A stretch of 64,000 nucleotides of DNA from Betaproteobacteria bacterium (GTDB taxonomy: Bacteria > Pseudomonadota > Gammaproteobacteria > Burkholderiales > SG8-39): positions 69,692-133,691 of the forward strand of contig JBBINV010000001.1 of the NCBI GenBank assembly GCA_037443705.1, written 5' to 3'. A program made the translations under genes and the position numbers. The notes below the pieces were generated by a model, which saw only the letters and a program-made list of their open reading frames with translations, did not search any database and was not told the origin of the DNA. Below, piece after piece: positions 1 through 10,059 of the stretch; the first letter of the stretch is position 1, and each line of letters opens with the position of its first letter.

Positions 1-44
1 CGAGGAATATCGCGGCGGCGGCGAGGTACAGGAGCGCGCTCACC

Positions 45-1073
45 TCACGCAGTTGCGGCGACGTCGGCCTGCGTGGTGAAGCTGTCGGCGTAGAACTCGT
101 CCTCCGGCAGCTTGCACCTCTCGATGAAGTCCTTCTTCGCGGAATCGACCATCACCGGCACGCCGCAGGCGTAGACCTGGTGGCCGGAGAGATCGGGGAA
201 ATCCTCCATCACCGCGCGGTGGACGAACCCCGTGCGGCCGGTCCATTGATCTTCGGGCAGCGCGTCCGAGATGACGGGGACGTATTTGAAATGGGAATGC
301 TCGGCCGCCCAGCGCAAGGGAAGCTCATTCATGTAAAGATCGCTGGGCCTTCTTCCGCCCCAATACAGTGCCGTCGGGCGCCGGATGCCGGCGTGGAGCA
401 TGTGTTCGATGATCGCCTTGATCGGCGCAAAGCCGGTGCCCGAGGCGACGAAGACGATCGGCTTTTGCGAGTCCTCGCGCAGGAAGAACGTGCCGAGCGG
501 CCCCTCGAAGCGCAGGATGTCGCGCTCCTTCATCGCGCCGAACACGTGATCGGTGAATTGCCCGCCCGGAACGTGACGCACATGAAGCTGCAGCAGCTCG
601 GCGTCGTGCGGGGCGTTCGCCATCGAGAAGCTGCGGCGCGCGCCGCCTTTCAGGATGAACTCGAGAAATTGGCCGGCGAGGAAGACGAGTTTTTCGTTGG
701 CCGGGAGCTTCAGATGCAGCGCCATGACGTCGTCGGCGAGGCGCTCCATCTTCTGCACGCGGCAGGGCAGCGTCTTCACCTGGACGCCTCTGGCCGCGCC
801 CACCGTGCGCGCCTCGACCACGAGGTCCGAGAGCGCTCTTGCCTGGCAAAGGAGCGCCTTTCCGGCCGCACGCTCCTCGTCCGAAAGCGTCTTCTTCTGG
901 TAATGCCCGTAGTCGACGTTGCCTTCGAGGAGGTGCGCCTTGCAGGTGCCGCACACCCCGCTGTGGCAGCTGTAGGGGAGGAGGATCCCCTGGCGCAGGC
1001 CCGCGGCGAGGACCGTTTCGCCCTCCTCGACCTGGAACTGGATCTTGCTCGGCATCAACGTGACGGTTCGCAT
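45..1073 (-). CDS. 2Fe-2S ferredoxin / FAD-NAD(P)-binding oxidoreductase (CDP-6-deoxy-delta-3,4-glucoseen reductase-like, FNR family)
   Basis: C-terminal 342 codons of ORF 45..1385. The internal ATG at 1073 gives MRTVTLMPSKIQF. Plant-type ferredoxin Cys cluster CHSGVCGTCK, plus FNR-family RSFSMAN and GTGFAP motifs. The upstream 104 codons of the ORF overlap cutA and look non-coding. Confidence 0.85.
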   Translation of the reverse strand: MRTVTLMPSKIQFQVEEGETVLAAGLRQGILLPYSCHSGVCGTCKAHLLEGNVDYGHYQKKTLSDEERAAGKALLCQARALSDLVVEARTVGAARGVQVKTLPCRVQKMERLADDVMALHLKLPANEKLVFLAGQFLEFILKGGARRSFSMANAPHDAELLQLHVRHVPGGQFTDHVFGAMKERDILRFEGPLGTFFLREDSQKPIVFVASGTGFAPIKAIIEHMLHAGIRRPTALYWGGRRPSDLYMNELPLRWAAEHSHFKYVPVISDALPEDQWTGRTGFVHRAVMEDFPDLSGHQVYACGVPVMVDSAKKDFIERCKLPEDEFYADSFTTQADVAATA

Positions 1074-1094
1074 GGCCGCTAAAATACCATTCCC

Positions 1095-1412
1095 ATGGAC
1101 GCGCTCCTCGTGCTCACCAACCTTCCCGACCGCGCCGCAGCGGAGAAGCTCGCCGACGCGCTGATCGAGAAACGCGTCGCCGCATGCATCAACATCCTCG
1201 CCCCGTGCCGCTCGGTGTACCGGTGGAGGGGCGTCGTGCAGCACGACGAAGAGCACCCGTTGCTGATCAAGACGAGCGCCGAGCGCTATGGCGCGCTCGA
1301 GGCCGAGATCCGCGCCGGCCACCCCTACGAACTCCCCGAGATCATTGCGGTCCCAATCGAGAAGGGGCTCGCCGCATACCTGCAATGGGTCGATTCCGAG
1401 ACGCGATCGTAA
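1095..1412 (+). CDS. cutA: divalent-cation tolerance protein CutA
   Basis: 105-aa ORF with an ATG start. Sequence (LVLTNLPDRAAAEKLADALIEKRVAACINI...YRWRG...YELPEI) matches the CutA1 family pattern, and it sits in the conserved position directly upstream of dsbD. Confidence 0.88.
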   Translation: MDALLVLTNLPDRAAAEKLADALIEKRVAACINILAPCRSVYRWRGVVQHDEEHPLLIKTSAERYGALEAEIRAGHPYELPEIIAVPIEKGLAAYLQWVDSETRS

Positions 1413-3173
1413 GGGCGGGGCTCGCTCTCCTGCTCGTGCCGCTGGCGGTGGCCGCGCAGGAGCTGCTCGAGCCGGAGAAGGCCTACCGCATCTCGGCTCG
1501 GGCGCTTGACGAGCGCACGGTGGAGATCGGCTTCGCGATCGCGGACGGCTACTACATGTACCGCGACAGGTTCCGCTTCGCGGTCGAGGCGCCCGCGGGC
1601 GCGAAGCCCGGCGCGCCCGAGTTCCCGCCCGGGCAGCTCTACAAGGACGAGTTCTTCGGCGAGATGGTCATCTACCGGAAGCAGGTCGCGATCCGGCTGC
1701 CGGTTGAAGGCGCCGGCGACTCGGTGAAGCTCCTGGTCACCTCGCAGGGCTGCGCCGACGTGGGCGTGTGCTACGTCCCGATGGACTCGAAGGTGACGGT
1801 GAATCTCGCCGCGGCGGCAAGCACCTCCGGCCTCACGCCCGCACCCTTCTCCGTCGACCCCCAGCCGCGGTTCTCGATCTTCGCGAGCGACGTCGACATC
1901 GCGCGGCTGTTCGAAGGCAACTTCGCGCTGGTGCTCGCGAGTTTCCTCGGCTTCGGCCTCCTGCTCGCGTTCACGCCGTGCGTGCTGCCGATGGTGCCGA
2001 TCCTCTCGGGGATCATCGTGGGCGAGGGGCGCGCAGTGGGCAAGCTGCGCGCGCTTGTCCTTTCGGTCACGTACGTGCTCGGCATGGCGGTCGCCTACGC
2101 GGTCGCGGGCGTGGCGGCCGCGTACTCGGGCTCGCTCCTCGCGGCGGCGCTGCAGAACGCCTGGGTGCTAGGCGCCTTCGCGCTCGTCTTCGTGTGGCTC
2201 GCGCTCTCGATGTTCGGGTTCTACGAGCTGCAACTGCCTGCGTTCCTGCATCACCGGCTGCATGCCGCGCACGGCAGGCTCCAGGGCGGCAAGCTCGCGT
2301 CGGTGGCGGCAATGGGTGTGCTCTCGGCGGTGATCGTGAGCCCCTGCGTGGCGGCGCCGCTCGCCGGGGCACTCCTTTACATCAGCCAGACACGCGATGT
2401 TGCGCTCGGAGGCGCGGCGCTCTTCGCGATGGCGCTCGGCATGGGCGTGCCGCTCGTCGCGGTGGGCGTGTCCGAAGGGGCGCTGCTGCCGAAGGCGGGC
2501 GCCTGGATGGCGGGCGTGAAGCAGTTCTTCGGGGTGCTGCTGCTCGCGGTCGCGCTCTGGATCGTCTCGCCGGTGCTCCCGCAGCCGGTCGTGATGGCGG
2601 GGTGGGCGGCGCTGCTCATCGGCTCGGCGATGTTCCTGCGCGCGATCGATTCGCTGCCGGCCGACGCGCCCGGCGCGGCGCGGCTCGCCAAGGGCGCCGG
2701 GGTCATGGCACTCGTGGCGGGCGTGGCGCTGCTGGTGGGGGCTCTCGCGGGAAGCCGCGATCCGCTCAGGCCGCTCGCGGGGCTGGTCGGCGCAACGGCG
2801 CCCGCCGCTGTTGCGCCCGTCAAGTTCACGCGTGTCGCCTCGGGCGCCGAGCTCGACGCGCACCTCGCCTCGCCCGGGCGCCCGGTAATGCTCGACTTCT
2901 ATGCCGACTGGTGCGTGTCGTGCAAGGAGATGGAGGCTTTCACCTTCAGCGACGCACGCGTGCGCGCGGTGATGGACGGGATGCTGCTCCTGCAGGCCGA
3001 TGTGACGGCGAACAGCGACGCGGACAAGGCGCTCCTCAAGCGATTTTCGCTCTTCGGACCCCCCGGGATCGTCTTCTTCGACGCCGAAGGGCGGGAGATC
3101 AAGGGCCTGCGCGTGGTCGGCTTCCAGAGCGCCGACCGGTTCCTGAAGACGCTCGAGCTCGCCACTGCAAATC

Positions 3174-3216
3174 GGGGTCAGACTCGACTTTCCGCCGGAA
3201 AGTCGAGTCTGACCCC
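3174..3216. repeat. perfect 43-bp hairpin palindrome (20-bp arms, 3-nt loop)
   Basis: GGGGTCAGACTCGACTTTCC gcc GGAAAGTCGAGTCTGACCCC read directly from the sequence. It lies inside the dsbD 3' end, just before the next gene. Confidence 0.9.
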
Positions 3217-3218
3217 GA

Positions 3219-5134
<1,916 letters not shown>

Positions 5135-5210
5135 TTATCGTCAGACGACGTTGTTCGTCTCCCGCTTCTCCTCCCTGAGCGGGTGCCTTAATACCCATTA
5201 AGGCGTTTCA

Positions 5211-5247
5211 CCCCCGGTTGTTTCCCCTTTGCCGGGGGCTTTTTATT
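5211..5247 (+). terminator. GC-rich hairpin plus T-tract (intrinsic-terminator-like, + strand orientation)
   Basis: CCCCCGG-14 nt-CCGGGGG followed by CTTTTTATT. The T-tract overlaps the engB stop codon on the opposite strand. It is the last of four consecutive hairpins (5143-5238). Confidence 0.4.
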
Positions 5248-5824
5248 CCCGGCGGCGCGAGAGCCCCTCGCGCAGCCATTGCTCAAGGCGCCCAGCGAGC
5301 TCTCCCACCCCCTCGCCGGTCCTGCTCGAGAAAAGGAGCGACTCCGGAAACGCCTTCGAGATCCGGTCGCGCTCGGCGCGGGTCAGCTTGTCCGCTTTCG
5401 TGAGCACGCAAAGCCGCGGTACCGGAACCGTTTTCAGCCATTCGAAGAGCTGCGCGTCGCTCGCCGTGAACGGGTGGCGCGCGTCCATCAGGATCACCGC
5501 GCCCGCGAGCGTGCGCCGTTGATTGAGGTAGGCGCCGATCGCCTTGTCCCAGGCTGAGCGATCGGCCTTGGATGCGCGCGCGTAGCCGTAGCCCGGAAGA
5601 TCCACCAGCCGCCCGCCGCCCAGATCGTAGAAGTTGACCGTCCGGGTTCGTCCCGGCGTCTTCGACGAGAAGGCGAGCCGCTTGCGCCCCGCGAGCGCGT
5701 TGATCGCGCTCGACTTGCCGACGTTGGAGCGGCCGAGAAATGCGATCTCGGGCGGGCCATCGGGAGGGAACTGCGCCGGGGCCGCGGCGGCGGCGAGAAA
5801 CGCGGCGCGGGAGAACCGCGTCAT
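5243..5824 (-). CDS. engB: ribosome-biogenesis GTP-binding protein EngB/YihA
   Basis: ATG at 5824 inside ORF 5243..6190 (MTRFSRAAFL). P-loop GRSNVGKSS, DLPGYGY switch region and TKADK G4 motif. Confidence 0.9.
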   Translation of the reverse strand: MTRFSRAAFLAAAAAPAQFPPDGPPEIAFLGRSNVGKSSAINALAGRKRLAFSSKTPGRTRTVNFYDLGGGRLVDLPGYGYARASKADRSAWDKAIGAYLNQRRTLAGAVILMDARHPFTASDAQLFEWLKTVPVPRLCVLTKADKLTRAERDRISKAFPESLLFSSRTGEGVGELAGRLEQWLREGLSRRRE

Positions 5825-5891
5825 AGGCTGTGGGAAAGGGGAAATTCTAATAAAATTGCGCGCTTTCAGCCGGACCGGGGAGAGTTTCCGA

Positions 5892-6527
5892 ATGAAACGA
5901 GCACTGGCGCTCGCCGCCGCCCTCGCGTGGCCCGCCGCCGCGCTGGCGCAGGCCAAGCCCGAGGCCAAGCCCGACGCCGCGAAAGGGCAGCAGATCGCCA
6001 GCCAGATCTGCGCCGCCTGCCACGCGCCGGACGGCAACAGCCCCGCCTCCGCCAACCCCAAGCTCGCGGGGCAGTTCGCAGAGTACCTTGCGAAGCAGCT
6101 CGCCAACTTCAAGTCCCAGGGCGGAAGAAAGCCCGAGCGCGAAAACGCCATCATGACCGGAATGGTTGCGAACCTCTCCGACTCGGACATCCGGAACGTC
6201 GCCGCGCACTACGCGGCGCAGACGCTCAAGCCCGAGACCGCCAAGGACAAGAACGTCGCGACTCAGGGGCAGAAGCTCTATCGCGGCGGCAATCTGGCCA
6301 CCGGCGTCGCGGCCTGCTCGGGCTGCCACGGCCCCGAGGGCGCGGGAATTCCCAGCCAGTATCCGCGCATCGCCGGCCAGTTCAGCGAGTACCTCGAGGC
6401 GCAGCTGAAAGCGTTCCGCGCGGGTACCCGCGCCAACGACCCGGGCGGCATGATGCGAAGCGTCGCCGCGAAGATGACCGACCAGGAGATCCGCGCCGTC
6501 GCCGAATACGTCGCGGGCCTGCGCTGA
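5892..6527 (+). CDS. cytochrome c4 (dihaem, periplasmic)
   Basis: ATG at 5892 inside ORF 5634..6527 gives the signal peptide MKRALALAAALAWPAAALA. Two haem motifs, CAACH and CSGCH, each followed by the P(K/R)(L/I)AGQ(F)xEY c4 repeat signature. Confidence 0.9.
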   Translation: MKRALALAAALAWPAAALAQAKPEAKPDAAKGQQIASQICAACHAPDGNSPASANPKLAGQFAEYLAKQLANFKSQGGRKPERENAIMTGMVANLSDSDIRNVAAHYAAQTLKPETAKDKNVATQGQKLYRGGNLATGVAACSGCHGPEGAGIPSQYPRIAGQFSEYLEAQLKAFRAGTRANDPGGMMRSVAAKMTDQEIRAVAEYVAGLR

Positions 6528-6606
6528 TACGGAGCGCTTCAAACCTCTAGTTGTTGCGCTCCTCGCGGCGGGCGCATTCGGATCCGCCGCGGCGCAGGGC
6601 GATGCG

Positions 6607-7389
6607 ATGCGCGGCGCGTACCTCGCGAAAGCCGCCGGGTGCCAGGGCTGCCACACCGAAGCGCGCGAAGGCGCAGCGCCGTACGCGGGCGGGCGGGCGC
6701 TCAAGACCCCCTTCGGCACGTTCTACGGCCCGAACATCACGCCTCACCCGGGCGCGGGACTCGGACGCTGGAAGGAAGCGGACTTCGTGCGCGCGATGCG
6801 CGAGGGCGTCCGGCCCGACGGCGCGCACTACTTCCCGGCGTTTCCGTATCCGTCGTTTACGCTGATCACGGACGCCGACCTGCGCGACCTGTGGGCCTAT
6901 CTCAGGAGCCTGCCGCCGAGTTCGGCTCCGAACCGCCCGCACCAGCTTCGGTTTCCGTTCGGCTGGCGTTTTGCCGTGCGGGCATGGAAATGGTTGTATT
7001 TTTCCCCCGGCCCCTACGTAGCGGATTCCGCCCGGAGCCCCATCCTCAATCGCGGTGCGTACCTGGTTCGCGCGCTCGGGCACTGCGGCGAATGCCATAC
7101 GCCGCGCAACTTGCTCGGCGGGCCCGAACCAGAACGCTTCCTCGCCGGCACGCGCAAGGGCCCGGACGGCAAGAGCTCGCCGAACCTCACCCCGACGCGG
7201 CTCAAGAAATGGAGCGACGGCGAGCTGCGCGACCTGCTCAAGTCCGGCCTCACACCGGATGGCGACGTGGTCGCCGAGACCATGGGCGAAGTGATTCGCA
7301 ACACCACCGGGCAGCTCACCGGCGCGGATCTGGACGCCTTGATCGCCTATCTGCGCGCGCTGCCTCCGCTGCCGGAAGAGAACGAATGA
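6607..7389 (+). CDS. dihaem c-type cytochrome (dehydrogenase cytochrome-c-subunit-like)
   Basis: ORF 6607..7389 with two CxxCH motifs (CQGCH, CGECH). No signal peptide follows the ATG, so the start is uncertain (see findings). Confidence 0.75.
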   Translation: MRGAYLAKAAGCQGCHTEAREGAAPYAGGRALKTPFGTFYGPNITPHPGAGLGRWKEADFVRAMREGVRPDGAHYFPAFPYPSFTLITDADLRDLWAYLRSLPPSSAPNRPHQLRFPFGWRFAVRAWKWLYFSPGPYVADSARSPILNRGAYLVRALGHCGECHTPRNLLGGPEPERFLAGTRKGPDGKSSPNLTPTRLKKWSDGELRDLLKSGLTPDGDVVAETMGEVIRNTTGQLTGADLDALIAYLRALPPLPEENE

Positions 7390-7457
7390 GCGCGGAATAG
7401 AGGCCCGGGCCCGGTTGTTTGCGTGTCGCGATTTCCATCAACCGCAGGGAGAAAAGC

Positions 7458-7934
7458 ATGAAGCGCAGCCTCAAGACCGTGATTGTCGCCGCCAGCCTCG
7501 CTTGCGCCGCGACCGCTTACGCCCAGGTAAAGCCCGAGGACGCGATCCGCGCGCGCCAGTCGATCATGCGCGTGGTTGCGCTCAACTTCGGGCCGCTCGC
7601 GCAGATGGCTCAGGACAAGATCCCGTACAACAAGGACGTGTTCGTGGCCAATGCGCTGCGCCTGGAGTCGCTCTGGGCAATGAATCCGGCGCGCTTCTTC
7701 GCCGCCGGCAGCGAGAACGCCGTCCCGGGCTCGAAGATCGCGGGCTTCACCGACGTGCGGCCCGAGATCTGGTCGCAGCCGGACAAGTTCAAGAGCGCCT
7801 TCGACAAGGCGGGCGGGGCGATCGCCGAGCTCGCCAAGGCCGCCCGCTCGGGCGACGAGAAGGCGATGAAGACGGCCGCCGGCGCGCTCGGCAAGACCTG
7901 CGGCGGCTGCCACGACGACTTCCGAAAGAAATAA
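7458..7934 (+). CDS. cytochrome c-prime (class II c-type cytochrome)
   Basis: ATG at 7458 is preceded by GGGAGAAAAG. Signal peptide MKRSLKTVIVAASLACAATAYA, a single C-terminal haem motif CGGCHDDFRKK and ~135-aa mature four-helix-bundle length. Confidence 0.85.
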   Translation: MKRSLKTVIVAASLACAATAYAQVKPEDAIRARQSIMRVVALNFGPLAQMAQDKIPYNKDVFVANALRLESLWAMNPARFFAAGSENAVPGSKIAGFTDVRPEIWSQPDKFKSAFDKAGGAIAELAKAARSGDEKAMKTAAGALGKTCGGCHDDFRKK

Positions 7935-7973
7935 CCTCGCGGGCGGGCGCCCCGTCCGCGCGATAATCCGCGC

Positions 7974-8474
7974 GTGGACGAGGCTTCGCGCATCGCCGAG
8001 CTGATCCCGCGGCTGCGCCGCTACGCGCGCGCACTCGTAGGCGAGCGCATGGGCGCCGACGACCTCGTGCAGGACACGCTCGAGCGCGCGCTGAACAAGC
8101 TCCACCTCTGGCGGCGCGGCACGGACTTGCGGGCGTGGCTGTTCACCATCATGCACAACGTGCACGTGAACCAGCTGCGCGCGCGCCGCGAGCTCTCGGC
8201 ACTCGAGGGCGAGGCGATGGGGCTTCCGGTGCGCGCCACGCAGGAAGCGGGGATCGAGGCGCGCGACCTCGAGCGCGCGCTCGGCCAGTTACCGCTCGAG
8301 CAGCGCCAGGTGCTGCTGCTCGTGGCGCTCGAGGAAATGAGCTATGAGCAGGCGGCGAGCACGCTCGGCATCCCGATCGGAACGGTCATGTCGCGGCTCT
8401 CCCGCGCGCGCGAGAAGCTGCGCCTGCTCATGGAAGGGTTGCCCGCCTCCGGGCGTTTGCACATCGTGAAATGA
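7974..8474 (+). CDS. ECF (sigma-70 family group IV) RNA polymerase sigma factor
   Basis: 166-aa ORF with a GTG start. Region 2 (DDLVQDTLERALNKLHLW...AWLFTIMHN) and region 4 HTH (MSYEQAASTLGIPIGTVMSRLSRAREKL). Confidence 0.9.
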   Translation: MDEASRIAELIPRLRRYARALVGERMGADDLVQDTLERALNKLHLWRRGTDLRAWLFTIMHNVHVNQLRARRELSALEGEAMGLPVRATQEAGIEARDLERALGQLPLEQRQVLLLVALEEMSYEQAASTLGIPIGTVMSRLSRAREKLRLLMEGLPASGRLHIVK

Positions 8475-9238
8475 ACGGGCTGCCGATCACCGAGGGGGAC
8501 CTTCAGGCCTGGGTCGATGGCCGTCTGCCTTCGGGCCGGCGCGCCGAGATCGACGCCTGGCTGGCCGACCGCCCGGAAGAGGCGGCGCGCCTTGCTGCGT
8601 ACCGCGAGCACTCGGCGCAGCTTCGCGCTCTCTACGCGCCGGTGCTGAAAGAGCCGCTGCCGCCGGGACTCGCGGCCGCGGGCCGGCCACGGCGCGCGCT
8701 CTACCTGCGCGCGGCGGTCGCGGTGGCACTCTTCGCGCTGGGCGCGGGGCTGGGCTGGCAGCTGCACGTTTCCGTGGGCGCGCGCGCGCCGGCGCAGGAG
8801 GCGGTGCCGCGCATCGTGCGCAACGCCGTGATCGCGCACGCCACCTACTCGCCCGAGGTGCGCCACCCGGTCGAAGTCGGCGCCGACCAGGAGCAGCACC
8901 TCGTCGCGTGGCTTTCCAAGCGTCTCGGCGCCAACGTGCGCGCGCCGAACCTCGAGTCCGTGGGCTACAGCCTGATCGGCGGGCGACTGCTGCCCGGCGA
9001 GCCGGGCCCCACGGCGCAGTTCATGTACCAGGGGAAACCGGGAACGCGCGTGACGCTGTACCTGCGCACCGATGCAACCGATAACCGCGAAACCGCTTTT
9101 CGCTACGCGCAGGAAGGAAACGTTCGCGTGTTCTACTGGGTCGACCGCAAACTCGGCTACGCGCTCTCGTCTTCCGATATCGGAAAAGAAGACCTGCTCA
9201 AGATCGCGAACGCGACCTACGCGCAGCTGAATCCCTAG
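8471..9238 (+). CDS. anti-sigma factor (single-pass membrane protein)
   Basis: ATGA overlap with the sigma gene. N-terminal anti-sigma helix pattern (LQAWVDGRLPSGRRAEIDAWLADRPEEAARL), one central TM segment (LYLRAAVAVALFALGAGLGW) and a periplasmic C-terminal domain. Confidence 0.75.
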   Translation: MNGLPITEGDLQAWVDGRLPSGRRAEIDAWLADRPEEAARLAAYREHSAQLRALYAPVLKEPLPPGLAAAGRPRRALYLRAAVAVALFALGAGLGWQLHVSVGARAPAQEAVPRIVRNAVIAHATYSPEVRHPVEVGADQEQHLVAWLSKRLGANVRAPNLESVGYSLIGGRLLPGEPGPTAQFMYQGKPGTRVTLYLRTDATDNRETAFRYAQEGNVRVFYWVDRKLGYALSSSDIGKEDLLKIANATYAQLNP

Positions 9239-10020
9239 GAAGCGGGCCTTATCAGGTAACCGCCCGATTTTTCGTCGGGCTCGAGCTTCACCAGCCCCTT
9301 CTTCTCGGCTTCCTCGAGCAGATCGGAAAACGCGCGGTAGCCGTAGTACGACTCGTTGAAGCCGGGCTTGCGGCGCTTCAGCGCCTGCTTGACCATCGAG
9401 CCCCAGATGCGTTCGCCCTCGCCGCGCTCGGCGATCAGCGCGTTCAGCGTCTCGAGCACGAGGTCGAACGCTTCCTGCTGCTTCTCGGTGCCCGCGGGGC
9501 GCGACTCCTTTCGTTGCTTGGCGGCGCGGCGCTTGGCTTCGTCCTCGCGCACCAGGTCGTCGTAGTAGATGAACTCGTCGCAATTGGCGATGAGCAGATC
9601 CGAGCTCGAGTTCTTCACCCCGACGCCGATCACCGTCTTCGCGTTCTCGCGAAGCTTGGAGACGAGCGGCGAGAAGTCCGAGTCGCCGCTGACGATGACG
9701 AAGGTATCCACGTGGCTCTTGGTGTAGCAGAGGTCGAGCGCGTCGACCACCATGCGGATGTCGGCCGAGTTCTTTCCGGACTGCCGCACGTGCGGCACCT
9801 CGATCAGCTCGAACGACGCGGCGTGCATGGTGGGCTTGAACTCCTTGTAGCGGTCCCAGTCGCAGTAGGCCTTCTTCACCACGATCGAGCCCTTCAACAG
9901 CAGGCGCTCGAGCACTTTTTCGATGTCGAACCTAGCGTACTTCGCGTCGCGCACGCCGAGCGCGATGTTCTCGAAGTCGCAGAACATCGCGAGGTTGCGC
10001 GTTTCCGGGGGGGTGGCCAT
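9235..10020 (-). CDS. NYN (LabA-like) domain protein with C-terminal OST-HTH/LOTUS domain
   Basis: ATG at 10020 inside ORF 9235..10440 (MATPPETRNLAMFCDFENIA). NYN signature DFEN...VSGDSDFSPLV. The C-terminal segment (WGSMVKQALKRRKPGFNESYYGYRAFSDLLEEAEKKGLV) is typical of LOTUS. Confidence 0.8.
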   Translation of the reverse strand: MATPPETRNLAMFCDFENIALGVRDAKYARFDIEKVLERLLLKGSIVVKKAYCDWDRYKEFKPTMHAASFELIEVPHVRQSGKNSADIRMVVDALDLCYTKSHVDTFVIVSGDSDFSPLVSKLRENAKTVIGVGVKNSSSDLLIANCDEFIYYDDLVREDEAKRRAAKQRKESRPAGTEKQQEAFDLVLETLNALIAERGEGERIWGSMVKQALKRRKPGFNESYYGYRAFSDLLEEAEKKGLVKLEPDEKSGGYLIRPAS

Positions 10021-10059
10021 GCGGGGAGCTCCTTTGAGGGCGCATGCTAGCATCGCCGC

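Noticed and set aside
1-43. Possible 5' end of a - strand membrane-protein gene (GTG at 43, MSALLYLAAAAIFL...) running off the left edge
   Set aside because: Only 14 codons are visible, so neither coding status nor function can be supported.
7428-7441. FNR-like half site GCGATTTCCATCAA upstream of the cytochrome c-prime gene
   Set aside because: The left half has 2 mismatches, and the site is centred only ~23 nt before the ATG. That leaves no room for a -10 element and leader.
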